Assembly (NCBI RefSeq): GCF_016433145.1
Contig: NC_058131.1
Span: 570,491,453 to 570,555,452, forward strand
DNA: 64,000 bases
Source of the DNA: Gracilinanus agilis
Lineage: Eukaryota
Direction: 5' to 3'
Below are positions 23,760 through 37,199 of the stretch, piece by piece; the first letter of the stretch is position 1, and each line of letters opens with the position of its first letter. Both the position numbers and the translations under genes were made by a program. The notes under the pieces are model-generated. The model ran no database searches, was not told the origin of the DNA, and was given only the letters and a program-made list of their open reading frames with translations.

Positions 23760-24398
23760 CATCATAGATAAACAGATTTGTACAAAAATATTTATAGCCG
23801 CACTTTTTGTGGTGGCAAAAAACTGGAAAATGAAGGGATGCCCTCCAATTGGGGAATGGCTGAACAAATTGTGGTATATGCTGGTGATGGAATACTATTG
23901 TGCTCAAAGGAATAATAAGCTGGAGGAATTCCATGTGAACTGGAAAGACCTCCAGGAATTGATGCAGAGCGAAAGGAGCAGAGCCAGAAGAACATTGTAC
24001 ACAGAGACCGATACACTGTGGTAAAATAGAATATAATAGACTTCTGTACTAGCAGCAATGCAACGACCCAGGGCAATTCTGAGGGATTTATGGAAAAGAA
24101 TGCTTCCCACATTCAGAGGAAGAACTGCAGGAGTGGAAACACATAAGAAAAGCAACTGTTTGAACACATGGGTTGAGGTGGACATGATTGGGGATGTAGA
24201 CTTGAAACTACCACACCAATGCAACTATCAACAATTTGGAAATAGGTCTTGATCGATGACACATGTTAAAACCAGTGGAAATGCACACCAACTATGGGGG
24301 GGGGGGAGATTGGGGGAGGAGGGGAAAGCAAGAGCATGAATCATGTAACCATGTTAACTTTTCTAAAAAATAAATATTAAAAAATTAAAAATAAAAAT
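23760..24398 (+). mobile_element. Younger 5'-truncated opossum L1 (ORF2 C-terminus and 3'UTR) nested in the older L1
   Basis: MVAKNWKMKGCPPIGEWLNKLWYMLVMEYY... L1 ORF2 C-terminus, G-rich tract, AATAAA/A-rich tail. Confidence 0.92.
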
Positions 24399-24411
24399 AA
24401 AATGACTGTAG

Positions 24412-24620
24412 GGGGCAGCTGGGTGGCTCAGTGGATTGAGAGCCAGGCTTAGAGATGAGAGGTCATGGACTCAAATTTAGCCTCCAACACTTCCTAGCTG
24501 TGTGACCCTGAACAAGTCCCTTAACCCCCATTGCCTAGCCCTTACCACTCTTCTGCCTTAGAACCAATACTTAGTATTGATTCTAAGACAAAGGTAAGGG
24601 CTTAAAAAATAAAATAAAAT
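24412..24620 (+). mobile_element. SINE1_Mdo inserted after the young L1 tail
   Basis: Full copy with (aaaat)n tail. Confidence 0.92.
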
Positions 24621-24875
24621 AAAATAACTCTAAATAATATAAAATACCTGGGAGTCCACTTGCCAAGACAAATATAGTAACTGTATGAACACAATTAGAA
24701 AATATTGTTTCACACAGATAACATCAGATTTAAACAATTGGAAAAATATTAATTGCTCATGGATAGGCTGAGCCAATATAAATGACCATTCTGCCTAAAT
24801 TAATTTAGTTATTATGTCATAACAATCAAATGACCAAAAAATTATTTTACAGAGCTAGAAAAAATAATAACTGAT
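24621..24875 (+). mobile_element. Older L1 ORF2 fragment, continuation
   Basis: ataaaatacctgggagtccacttgccaagaca..ttaattgctcatggataggc continues L1 ORF2 directly after the sequence at 23759. Confidence 0.85.
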
Positions 24876-24959
24876 CCTACTCTGACATGGCTTCAAGGTT
24901 AAAAGTTGCACCACAAGGCTAGTCACCCTAATCTGGACACAATGTTCACACAGCTGGTG

Positions 24960-25195
24960 TTGTTCAATTATTTCAGCCCCGTCCCACTCTTCATGACCCC
25001 ACTTGTGGTTTTCTCAGCAGATACTGGAACAGTTTGCCATTTCATTCTCCAATTCATTTTACAAATGATGAAACTGAGACAGAGTTAAGCGACTTGCCCA
25101 GGGTCACACAGCTAGTTAAGTGTCTAAGGTCAGATTTGAACTCAAAAGTCTTCCTGACTTCAGGTCTGGTGCTCTATCCTAGCTGCCCCACACAG
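24960..25195 (-). mobile_element. MAR1 SINE
   Basis: Reverse copy with tttgccatttc..gacttgcccagggtcacacagctag..ctatcctagctgcccc. Confidence 0.85.
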
Positions 25196-28100
25196 CTGGT
25201 ATATAGGAGCAAAGTTAGGGCAAGAGCACAGATCTCTTGATCCGCCTCTTCCCCATTCTAATAGGCTCATTGTTTCTACCTTTCTCTGCACAGACTGATA
25301 ATCAGGATATGTGGCTGGAAAATACTAATGCTTTGTATTTGTAAAGTGCTTTCAAAGCTTATTAAGAACTTACACATAGGACAGCCTATGATCTTCACAA
25401 CAACCCTTTGTCATAGAAGACAGGTTTTTAAATCCTCATTTTACAGATAGGAAAGTAAAAGCTGAAACTTGTGTGGCGTTCTTCCAGCGAGTTAGCCACA
25501 GGAGGTGTGATTAGAAATTGGGTGACCTGGCTTTCAAAGCTGTGCTCTTTCCACTATTCTTCCTCCCAGTTGCTCATTATGGTTCCTAGTATAAGGCAGA
25601 AAAGCGGGGGAGGGCGTACTATTAATCAGAACTCTATGACTGAGAACAAAGAACACTTCCAAAGGTCAACTAGTCTATTCCCCTGCATTCAGGCAGGAAT
25701 GGAAGCAAAGGTGGTGGGGAGAAAAAGATTTCCTTTGTTCTCAAAGATGTCCACGTAGAGGGGTCTTCAGGCCTCCTAAATCACCACCTTCCTTTTTCCT
25801 GGGTCTTGTGCTCCCCAGAGCCAACAGTGGTCCTCTTCCTCTCTTCTCCATGTCCCCCCTCACCCATGAAACACAAGAAGCACTCTAAAAAACTGGAACA
25901 AATTGCGAGTTTCAGTGGCTGGATTTAATTTAATTGATGCATTCTTTACACACTCCCAGAGGCTGTAGGGAAATCAGCCCATTTTAAATAAATGCCATAA
26001 ATAAGGCAATACCTTACTAATGATATTATAAATATGGTCTTCCACAGAGATGCCTGAGTTATGACCAGTCTTCACCTTCTCATCATCCTTTCTCTACCTA
26101 GTGCACAAAGCTCTTGGGTCTTAATAGAGATATTTCCCCAATTCTTCCTTCCCAACCTCCCACCTCCACCCCTGGGAGCTGTCCAGTAAACCAGGCTTTG
26201 GGCTTCCTGCCACTTGTGACCAAGACCTCTTCCCACACCCAGTGGCTTCCTGGCTCAATCTCTCCTTCCAGCATCCTTCTCCAGCAACTCCCTCAAGCTC
26301 CTTTAACAGGAGGTTTTAATCCTTCAAGATATTCTCCACCAGCCGGACCATTTCCTGTGGCAGGAAATTAGGTTTCCTCCCATTGGCTCCAACTGGGACC
26401 TGTAAAGTGTCCCAAAATGGTGGTAGGACCAGCAGCCAAGGATGTGGAAACACTACACAGTCCAAAGCAGATGGTGAAGGTGGAGTCTACTGGGCTCTTC
26501 TCCAGGGGAATGGGGGGCAGGGGGAGAAAGAACAAGGATAAAGAACTGTCCTGCAAAGTTTTGTTTGGTTTCATCCTAAATACAGCTGGCCTATGCTATC
26601 AGTGATAAAATAAGGATCAGTAAGTTCCCCATAGTAGTTTTAAAGGTGATATAATACACTTCATGGGTTTAATATCATAAAAAGAAAAATGGAATCAGAG
26701 AACCTGTATTCAAATCCTACCTTTACCACTTATTACCTGTGTGACCAGTTGCCTGACATCTCTGGGCCTCAGTTTCCTTATCTGTGAATATTGAAGGAAG
26801 TGGACTAGATGAACTCTAGGGTCCATTTCAGCTTTAAATCTATAATCCTAAAATCCTTTGGTAATGGAGCTAACAGGAAGGGCTTAGAAGCAGCCTCAGG
26901 GTAGCTCTATCATCCTGGAAAATCAGTAATAGCTAAATGAATTATGATGTGTGACCATATCTCACTAACAAACATACTAGAATATTAATATTCTAACGAA
27001 ATTTATTCCCTTAAAAGCAGTCACCTAAGGAGTAAGGGCAGAAGAGAAAAAGCTTTGCACTTATTCCCCTAAACAGCCATTCCTAAATATTTTAGGAATA
27101 AATGCCTTTTTTTTGAAACACTGAACACAGACTTGGAGCTTGAAGGGGGCATAGAAGTCATCTAGTCCAAGTTCCTCATTTTGAAGGTGAGGAAATTAAG
27201 GCTTAATGAGAAATTTAAAATCTCAAGACAGCTAGGTAGTACAGTGGATAGAGCACTAGGCCTGGAGTCAGGAGGATCTGGGTTCAAATCTGGTCTCAGG
27301 TAATTCCAAACTACGTGATCCTGGGCAAGTCACTTAACCCCAATTGCCTTGCCCTTGCCACTTTTCTATCTTAGAATTAATACAGAAGGTAAGGGATATT
27401 TTTTAAAGAAGGAAGGAAGGAAGTGATTCAAGTAAGTCATTGAAAGAATAAAAAGTTCCTAAGTAGTGGCACCAAGATTCAAACCCAGGAGGCTTTCGGT
27501 ATTTTCTTAGGACTTTTTATTGTGTAGTTCTGCTTCTAGTGGTCCTATTCCTAATTTGCTATCCTCCAACTACTTTGGCATTCTACCATTATCCCTCCTA
27601 GAAGATGGGAAGCCCAGCCAGTGCTTATGAACAAGAGGGGCTAATGGGGATCCTGCCATATTATACTGAAAAATGTGACCCAAAATTGTAGTGTGACACC
27701 TGTAGCAGGTCAAAGTCAGACAAGGACATTTCTCCAAAAACCTTTAGCTTTGTTTAGAGTTTGCCAACCTTCCCAATGACCTGCTGACTGACAGGATGAG
27801 AGCTCTAGAGCTGGAGAGGACTTTAGGGGTCAGCAAGTCCAACCCTCTCCCTTTACAGAGAAGGAAACAAATCCACAAAAGGGAAATGATAGAGACTAAG
27901 GGAAAGAAAGAAATGGAAGAAAATAAAGATGGGGAAAAGGCTTTGGAAAGCAGCAGATGGAAGCAAGAATAATTCAAGAAGAAGATCTGGAAAAGGGGAC
28001 TGGGGTTGGGGGAGAAGCATCATTGAAATAAGTACGTAGCCTTCCATAGTGACTATTTTGAAGGACAACATTCGTTTGGATGCATATTATAGTATATTTG

Positions 28101-29029
28101 TTTTAAAAGAAAAAACATGTTTCAATCATTCATTCATCAACATAACATTATAGTCGTTTTCCTATATAGCACATTCTCCGTATTAGGGATTCTTCACCTT
28201 TCTGGTGTCATAGACCCTTTTGGCAGTTTGGTGAAGTCTATGGACTCTTCTCAAAACAATGTTAGTCAATTTTTTGCCCAAGGTTCCCAGCTAGTTAAAT
28301 GTTAGAGCTGGTTTTCAAGTGTATATCCTATAACTCCAAGTTACTCTTTCTACTATATCATTTCTTCTTGTCTAATAATTTTCTGGCACGTTCCATCCTT
28401 TGGGACACCATTTGGGTTTTCTTTCCAAAGATATGGAAGTGGTTTGTCACTTTCTTCTGCAACACATGGATGAGGAAACTGAAGCAAAAAGGGTTGTGAC
28501 TTACTCAGGGTCACTGAGCTAGGAAGCATCTAAGGCCAGATTTGAACTCAAGATCAGCACTTTATCCACTGTACCACCTAGCTGCCCCTCTACTATACTA
28601 TCCTTTTTTAAAATTAGTTTTCACTTCTTTGAAAATCAATAAATTAGCAATCAGGTAGCATTGCAGAGTGCTGAGCCTGAAACCAGAGAGACCCGAGTTC
28701 AAATGTGACCTGAGACATTTATTAGTTGTGTGACCTAGCAAGTCAGCTAAGCTCTATCTGGCTCAGACTCCTTAACTATAAAATGGCATAATAGTGGTAC
28801 CCATCTCCCCAAGAAGGGAGGATAAAATGAGATTACATTTCTAAAGTGCTTCTTAAACACAATATGCTATATGAACACTAACTATTCTTCTTAGCCCAGT
28901 AGACAGGGAGAAGACTACGGTGATAACTTTCAGTTTTGTAGTATTGACAAAAGCCCTCAGCTGCTAAGGTTTTCAGCCTTCAAGTTGGTCTTGCCTTCAA
29001 AGCCAGATGAGAAGCAAGTTATTTGGACA

Positions 29030-29177
29030 TATCAATAATATGAAAATAGGTCTTGATCAATGACACGTGTAAAACCCACTGGAATTGTGTGTTGGTTACA
29101 GGAGGAGGGGGAGGGGGAAGAAAGAACACGAATTATGTAAGCATGGGAAAAGTTTCTTAATTAATGAATTTTAAAAA
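29030..29177 (+). mobile_element. Very short 5'-truncated L1 3'UTR with 14-bp TSD
   Basis: Flanked by aagttatttggaca at 29016-29029 and 29178-29191; body matches the L1 3'UTR near 24230-24370. Confidence 0.9.
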
Positions 29178-30002
29178 AAGTTATTTGGACAGAGCCAGTC
29201 TGGTGATTGGACTAGGGAATTCTGCTTCGGGTCCCAAAACATAAAAGACAAGAAGACTACTTTCTTATGCAACTTATAAAGTCATGAATAAACAATGATT
29301 AAGTGCCTGCTGTATGCAAGGCACTGTTTTAAGTGATGGGGACAAAACCAAAAACCATTCCTCTCGGGGAGATTATTATCCGGCACCATAACCAGGTAAC
29401 TTTAATACAAGGTAGAATGACAAAGAAGGATTCCAGACAAGGAATGATTAATTGGGAGAAAAGGAGACCTTTGAAATAATCTAATTCCACTCTTTCCATT
29501 TCACAAGTGAGGATACTAAGGTTCAACAAGACTAACTTGCCCCAAATAAGACTGCTAATAAGAGCCTTGATTCCTGATCTAGGGCTTGTTCTTTTTCCTT
29601 AATCCCAAACACCTCTGAACCAAGATCAAGGGAATTTTTCCACTAAGTATACTTTCTTCAAATATTACAAGACATCTGCACTTTCATGATTGGGAGTAGC
29701 CTCTTAGCCCACATGGACCACAATCCCTTGATAACTTAATAGAACAGTTTTCATGGCCAGAAAATTTCTCTACTAGGAACAAGTGGGGAATCTCACTAAT
29801 GAGGTGCCTAAACTTCTAGTGACAAGCATCTTCATGCTTAGCTAGGTCGGTCCTTTTCTAGCAAACAACTGGGTACTTTTAAGGTCCATACTCAAGCTTT
29901 TATAGCTTGACAAGTCCTGACAAAATATGGACCCCAATGGTGTAGCTGTTGAGAGTCCAAAGTCATTTCCATGCCACAATAAGGCTTCAGATTAAGATTT
30001 TA

Positions 30003-30182
30003 GTGCAAGGGTTCTGAATCTTGGATCTGGGAATTTCTTGCATTTTTTAAATGTTTTGATAATTCCTTTGTAATTCTATGTAATTTATTTTATATGCACA
30101 TTAGAACCTTGTTCTGGGAAAGGGTTCATAGACCACTGAACTGCCAAAGGGAACTATGAGGAAATAAAGTTTAAGAACCCCT
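30003..30182 (-). mobile_element. Old hAT-Charlie-type element
   Basis: caagggttctgaatc...tttaagaacccct ends; reverse similarity to the 14575 copy. Confidence 0.55.
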
Positions 30183-31469
30183 CTTCATAGGTCAGCTAGG
30201 TAGCACAGTGGATAAAGTGCCAGACTTAGAATTGGGAAGACCTGGGTGCAAATCTGGACACAGGTGCTTCCTGATTGTGTGACCCCAGGCAAGCCACTTA
30301 ACCCCCACTGTTTAGCCTTTGCCACTCTTCTGTCTTAGAATTTATACTGAGACAGAGGTAAGGGTTAAAAAAAAAAATCTTGCTCCAGTGGAAGCCCATT
30401 TTTCAATTTAAAAATATTATCTGAAATACTTTCAAGAGATAACTTCCTTCAAGGAGCTGTGGCTTTAGGAAATATAGATCAATACTTGTGCCCTGTTCCA
30501 AACAAAAGCTGTGCAAATTCACAGAGCACAAAGAAAGCCATCTGTTCTAAAGGTAAGCGTATCACGATGGCACCTTCTATTCCCTCTGCTTTTCATCTAG
30601 AACTTCTGGCATCTTAATGAGGCTAACGTCTTTCCAGAAAAGGTGTCATTCTGAAGTTTGTAAAACCCCTTTTCACGGTTTGCTGACAGTGGCTCATATA
30701 AGGAGATTGCTAATTCTTTTCTTTCATTCTGTAAACCAAGTTTCAATTATTATTTTAAAAGAAATATCCCCCCAGCCCTTGCAGAAGGTTATTTGCATAA
30801 AGACAGAAACTGAAAACCAGAGTTAAGAACTTTAGAGTTCCTGAAAACGAGACTAGGGACTCGTCACCTCTGAGTCCCTCCTGTTATAGAGGAGGAAAGT
30901 AAAGTCCAGGGAGGTAGAGGGATTTGCCAAGAATAGAGTTCAGATCCCCTCCCTCTGAGGGCCAGAGCTCTTCCCATTAGGTTTTGCTCATGGATGTTTT
31001 ACCCAACTAAAATGAACTGGCGACTCATCATCGTTCATGAGTAATGCTAAGCTATGCGGCCCACATGCCCCTCTGGGCAACCAAAGTTCAATTCTTCCTG
31101 AGAGAAAACACGTCCGTCCTCTGTGACTCAGGCCATCAGGGAGGCTCTTAACTCTTTTAGACCAGCAAGGGACCATTTGATCAACAAATATTATGATAGG
31201 GGCATAAGAGCACAGGTTTAGAGCTGAGAGGGACCTCAGAAACCCTCTCGGTCAAACGACCTCACTTTAGAGCCCAGGAAACTGGGACCAAGCGAGGGGA
31301 GGTCAGACAGTCGATAAACATTTATTAAGCAACTACCCAGACCATTTCAAAGGATTCGTGATGAAACATGCTATCTCCCTCCAGAGGGAGAGCCAAGGAA
31401 CTCTTGAGTACAGATTGAAATTTTTTTCTCACTTCATTTTTCTTGCTCCCCTCCCGTTTTTGGCAATAT

Positions 31470-31822
31470 GGCTAATATAGAAATGTTTATGCCTATTTAT
31501 ACTTGTGTATGTTTATGTTTATATATTTATGTTTATGCATGTGTATGTGTTCATGTTTATGTATGTATTTCTATTTATACATTTATGTTTATGTGTGTTT
31601 GTGTAGGTATATGTGTTAATGTTTATTTGTGTGTTTATATTTATATGTTTAGGCTTCTTTATATGTGTTTATGTATGTTTTTGCATGTGTTCATGATTAT
31701 TTAAAGGTTCGCTTATTTATGTATGTGGTTATGCTTATTTATGCATACATGTGTATGTATATTTGTGTTTATATATATATGTGTGTTTGTGTTTATTTAT
31801 ATACATATTTTCAGTTAAAATA

Positions 31823-31864
<42 letters not shown>
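31470..31864. repeat. TG/TA low-complexity tract ending in perfect (TG)n (31824-31864)
   Basis: Direct inspection. Confidence 0.93.
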
Positions 31865-31866
<2 letters not shown>

Positions 31867-32379
31867 CATCTACTATGTGCCAGGCATTATGTAATGTCCT
31901 TTATAAATATTACCTACCGTGATCCTTATAACAACCCTGGGAAGTTGGTGCTATTATTATCCCCATTTCCCAGATAAAGAAACTGAGCTAGTCTTCAGTA
32001 GATAGATGACTTTCTCAGAATCATACAGCTTAGTGTCGACACATCTAAGGCTGGATTTCTACTTAGGTTTTCTGAGTCCAGGCCCAGAGCCTCATACATG
32101 AGAGCACCGGGTGGCCTCTAATGGGCCTCAATGCCCTCTGAGGTTCCTTCTGGGTCCAGACCTCTGACTGCTCCCGAGCCTGTGTCTGCTGGCTTTCCCC
32201 GCAAGCTTGTAGCTGGGGTCTGTAACCGCATGTGCTATGACACACACGCTAGGCTTCTCTAAATGCTCGATTTACTAAGGGGACAATTCACCCTGAAAAT
32301 ACAGAAATGTCCATTTCCAGCCCACAGAGCTTTTGGTAAAAGGGAATCTACGTCTGCACATACGCGTAAGTGTGTTTGT

Positions 32380-32381
<2 letters not shown>

Positions 32382-32422
<41 letters not shown>
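32382..32422. repeat. (CA)n microsatellite
   Basis: Perfect run. Confidence 0.97.
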
Positions 32423-32425
<3 letters not shown>

Positions 32426-32670
32426 CAATGGTGTGATAGTAAACATTCAACAACTAGCTCATGGGAGAGGTGGGAAGGAAAGGATGGGCATGTACTTGTG
32501 ACACGTGTTTAAGTTTAATCTAGATTATTAGCATTTTCTCCATCACTTTATTAAGTCTAGAAAAACAACAAAACCCGTTGAAGCCCTGATTTGTAGCATT
32601 TGCCCATTTCTGAAGTATAAATGCTCACTCTGAAAATGGAACAATTAATTGGTTCATAAACACTGGTTAT

Positions 32671-32858
32671 GGGGGCAGTTAGATGGAGAGCCAGCCCTGG
32701 AGACAGGAGGTCCTGGGTTCAAACTTGATCTCAGATACTTCCTAGCCATGTGACCTTGGGCAAGTCACTGAACCCCATTGCCTAGCCCTTACTGCTCTTC
32801 TGCCTTGGAACAATACCCAGTATTGATTCTAAGAGGGCAGGTAAGGGTTAAAAAAAAC
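32671..32858 (+). mobile_element. SINE1_Mdo
   Basis: Head, body and A tail. Confidence 0.88.
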
Positions 32859-33249
32859 TGCAATGAGCAAGCTCTAGCACACCCTTAGAAACATGTGTGT
32901 ATATATACGTGTAGGGCACATATTCCAAACACTTCTCAGCATTGAGGCTCCCTTCATCTCAAAGAGCGAGTTTCTCTTTGGCCATGCCCTCAAAGCAGTT
33001 ACTGGAACATAAAGTCCTTTGCTGACCCTGAACCTGAGGCAGTCAAGAAAGTAACTAGTGACCCTTGGGGAGCACCCTGGCAGAGTGTGTTTATCCCGAG
33101 GGAACATATCTCCAGGCCTTTGGAGACAATTTGGATAAAGCATGCACTTTCCTAGAATCCATGCCAGAGCTGGGTAAAAAAATGACCCTCTCATAGAACA
33201 AATTCAAAACTCAAAAGCTGCCACCCCAAGGGCTTGACATTTTTTTCTT

Positions 33250-33445
33250 TCTTAAAAAATTCTTACTTTCTGTGTTAGAATCAACACTAAGTGTCAGTTC
33301 CAAGGCAGAAGAATGGTAAGGGCTAGGCAATGGGGGTTAAGTGACTTGCCCAGGGTCACACAGCTAGAAGTGTCTGAGGTCAAATTTGAACCCAAGACCT
33401 CCTGTCCCTGGTCCTGCTCTCTAGTCCCTGTGCCACATGGCTGCC
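33250..33445 (-). mobile_element. SINE1_Mdo
   Basis: Full reverse copy. Confidence 0.9.
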
Positions 33446-33758
33446 CCTTGGCACTTCTTCATTTTTCAACACCTGTAACATTTAAGTTCAATTGCTCAAG
33501 GGACAGAAATAAGCCTCCAACAAATATCTGTACATGTGTACTTAAACACACACACATGAACTCTACAGAACATGTGCTGCTAACGACAATACCTCAGTCC
33601 AGACCTAGTATCGAATCCAGCATTTTGCCTCATGAATTGTTCACTCCCTAGTTTTCCTTCAGAGACAAAGTTTTCTTTTTTTCTATGATAAAGATTTAAA
33701 AAAAAAAACAATTACATCTAATAAATTTCCACTAAGTTCTCCAAAGTTATATGATCCA

Positions 33759-33961
33759 GGGGGCAGCTGGGTAGCTCAGTGGAGTGAGAGTCAGGCCTAG
33801 AGACAGGAGGTCCTAGGTTCAAACCCGGCCTCAGCCACTTCCCAGCTGTGTTACCCTGGGCAAGTCACTTGACCCCCATTGCCCACCCTTACCAATCTTC
33901 CATCTATAAGACAATACACCGAAGTACAAGGGTTTAAAACAAAAACAAAAACAAAAAAAAC
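33759..33961 (+). mobile_element. Young SINE1_Mdo subfamily copy with 14-bp TSD, inside a minus-strand L1 3'UTR remnant
   Basis: agttatatgatcca at 33745-33758 and 33962-33975. Confidence 0.93.
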
Positions 33962-35049
33962 AGTTATATGATCCAAATTGCCTCCCTTCCTCCATTCCCT
34001 TCCCCCTCCTAGTACTGGCAGGTAATTCACTCTGGGTTATGTATGTATTATTGTGCAAAACCTATTTCCATATTGCTCATTTTTGTAAGAGAATAATTAA
34101 ACAAAACCAAAACTCCCAAATAAACTAAAATGAAAAATCATATGCTTTGGTGTGCATTCCCACTTGCACTGGTTTTCCCTCTGGAGGTGGACAGCATTCC
34201 TTGGCCTAGATTATTTTATTGCCAAGAGTGTCTATCACAGATCCCCAGTTCTCCCAGAATTCCCCAACTTGCAAGATATTTGGGTTACTCTGCAATTTGT
34301 CACTCCTGAACTTAGTGCATTACTCTTTGTTTTTTCTGGTCAAGTCCAAAACAATGCTTAAGTGACTTGGGTTTGGATTTAGGGACTCATTACTCACTTT
34401 GCAGCCTTCTGGGATATATTCCCCAAGATGGCAGGTAATATGATATAGGCAGTATATGTGCTATTATCCTTCCCTTTTACACATGCACACACACACACAC
34501 ACCACCACCACCACCACCACCACTCCAAACCTCTAAAATGTGATTCTACATCCCCCAGCCCTACTTGAGTAAGTAAAATAATTTGAATATCATATAACAT
34601 TCCTTTGATAAGTCATTCTCAAGACTGACCATCATCTGAGCATTGAACCAAAATTCTCAAGATCTGGATTCTAGTTCTATCACCACAAATTACTAACAGT
34701 GTGACATTGGGCAAACGACTTAAACCTACTTGAGTCTGAGTTGTTTGTTTTTTACCTTTTACTTTCTGTCGTAGAATGGATACTAGAGCTAGGCAAATGG
34801 GGTGAAGTGACTGGCCCAGGGTCACACAGTTAGGAAGTGTTTGAGGTCTTATTTGAACCCAGGACCTCCTCTTCTCTATCCATGGAATCACTTAGCTGCC
34901 CCTGAGATTGCATTTTTTTTCATTTTTTCAAGCCTAGCTATTCTTGACCAGTCACCTGGCCCAGTCTGAACTACGTCCTTGAATATTGAAAGAACTATAA
35001 GAACTCAGCCACTGTCAATTATAGTTGAAAGATCATAGAGATCATACAA

Positions 35050-36800
35050 GAGCCTGCAGTTTTTTAAGCGCAGGTCATGCCAGATTAACTTTATTTGCTT
35101 TTGACAGGTCTATTAAATTGGTGGATCATGAAAAGGCTGAGGATATCATTTCCGTAGGTTTTTAGCAAAGCACCTTAGAGTGTATCTTATGCCATTCTTA
35201 CAGAAAAGATGAGACCATATGTGGGCTACACCAAAGAGGGACTGGAAAATGGTTGGATGCCTAAGAATAGTCTAAAAAAGATCTTGACAGGCTAGAACAC
35301 TGGTTTGAATCTAATAATATATTTAATAGAGATCAATGAAAAGTAATATACTTGAATCAAAAAACTGACAAATTGGGAAGGCATGGTTAGAAGGAAGAAT
35401 TTTAGTGGAATACAAACCCAGTGAGAGGGAAGCTAGGTGATGCGATGAATAGAGAGAGCACTAGGTCTGGAGTCAGAAAGTCAGGAAGACCTGAGTTCAA
35501 ATCTAGCCTCCAGCGTGTACTAGCTATATGACTCAAGAGCAAGCCACTTAACCCCATTTGCCTCAGTTTCTTCATCTATAAAATGAGGTGGAGAAGGAAA
35601 TGGCAAACCACTCCAGTATCTTTGCCAAGAAAATCCAAATGAGGTCACAAAGAGCAGACACAACTGAACAACAATAAATTCAATGAGTCATCAGTGTGAT
35701 TTGCTAACCAACCAGCTGATCAATCAATCAGTCATTCAAAAAAAGGCTAATGCAGTCTTGGGCTGCATAAAGAGAGGCATTGCTTACAGAAACATGATGA
35801 TAGTTCTGTTGTAGACAGATGGATGGATGGATGGATGGATGGATAGACAGATGGATGGACAGATGAGTGAGTGAGAGAGAGAGACGGATGGATAGATGGA
35901 TAGAAGATAGAAACAAAGTAAGCATTTATTAAGCACATGCCTGCCATATGTCAGGCACTGTGCTGACCACTGGAGATAAAAAACAAACAAACCCCAAAAC
36001 CCAAGAAAACAAGATGGTCCCTTGTCTTGAGGTGCTTATTTCTAGTAGGGAAAGATGAAACATAAAGGGAATCTGGAAAGGGAGAAATGGGGGAGGGAAG
36101 ACAGGTACATGAGCAGGGATCAAGTAGTGAATTAGGAGGCAGAGCAGCCCAGTGTGGTGTTAGAGCACCAGAGGACTGCTAAACTCTGCCTTGTCAGATC
36201 ATATCTGGAACACCACTTTCATTTTGGAAACCCAGTTTAGGAGGGATGTTGATAAGTTAAAAAATATCTAGAGCAAGGCAACCAGAGTGGTAATGCCCTC
36301 TACTTTTAATTCATGTCATATAAGAATTTGTAAAAGAAACTGAAGGAGGGGGCAATTAGGTGGCTAAGTAGAGAGAGAGCCTGGAGATGAGAAGTCCTGG
36401 ATTCAAATTTGACCTCAGACATTTCCTAGCTATGTGACCCTGGGTAAGTCATTTAACCATCATTGCTTATCCCTTATTGCTCTTCTGCCTTGGAACCAAT
36501 ACTTAGCATTGATTATAAGACAGAAGGTAAGGGTTTTTAAGAAAGAGAAACAGAGAGAGAGGGAAAGAGGGAGGGAGGGAAGGAGGAAGGAAGGCAGGCA
36601 GGAAGGAACAAATTGGAGTATTGGAGTTGTTTAGCCTAAAGAACAAAAAACTTAGGAAGATGGGGAGGGAGAGAAGAACTCAAAGAAAGGCTGTTATACA
36701 GAAGAGGGATTAGGCATGTCCTTTCTGGTCCTGGAAGTAAAATTTAAAAAGCCTGAGTAGATGTCCCAAAGAAGAAAATGTAGGCTCACCATCAAGAAAA
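35050..36800 (+). mobile_element. Fragmented L3/CR1 LINE (RT and 3' region) interrupted by MAR1, (GGAT)n, an L2 end and SINE1
   Basis: aggtcatgccagattaactttattt..tttgacagg..ttttagcaaagc (CR1 RT), caatgagtca..gctaatgcagtcttgggctgcataaagagaggcat, accactttcattttggaaaccc..ttgataagtt. Confidence 0.75.
35818..35900. repeat. (GGAT)n/(GA)n compound microsatellite
   Basis: Direct inspection. Confidence 0.93.
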
Positions 36801-37199
36801 ACCCAACTGACCAAGAAGCTTTGTTGGGAGAACCAAGGGAGCTATAACATCAAAGTGCTTTCAGAAACATAAGAAGCAAGACAACATACCCAGAATGGTC
36901 AGTGTAAAAACAGAGAAGGTGCTAATGTTAGTAGTAGTCATGGGTAGGAGATCCGTGGTATCCACACCCTTCTGCATTGGTCTAGGAGCTACTGCCACAA
37001 GGAAGTCTGAAAACAATTTTGGGAAATACATGGCAGCAACTTAAGGTCCAATGCCAATAACTACATTAGTTTAGCAGGAATTACCTGATGGCTGGGCCTA
37101 GAACCTTTGCTGTCTCAAAAACTACTTGTTTTCTCTTGATTCTCTGTGATTTTCTTCTCCTAAAGCCCATATATGGGGGATAGGGGGATTTTTTTATTT

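Noticed and set aside
23396-23767. Intact-looking RT ORF as a possible domesticated gene
   Set aside because: Short internal L1 ORF2 fragment interrupted by later insertions, with stops and frameshifts in the continuation.
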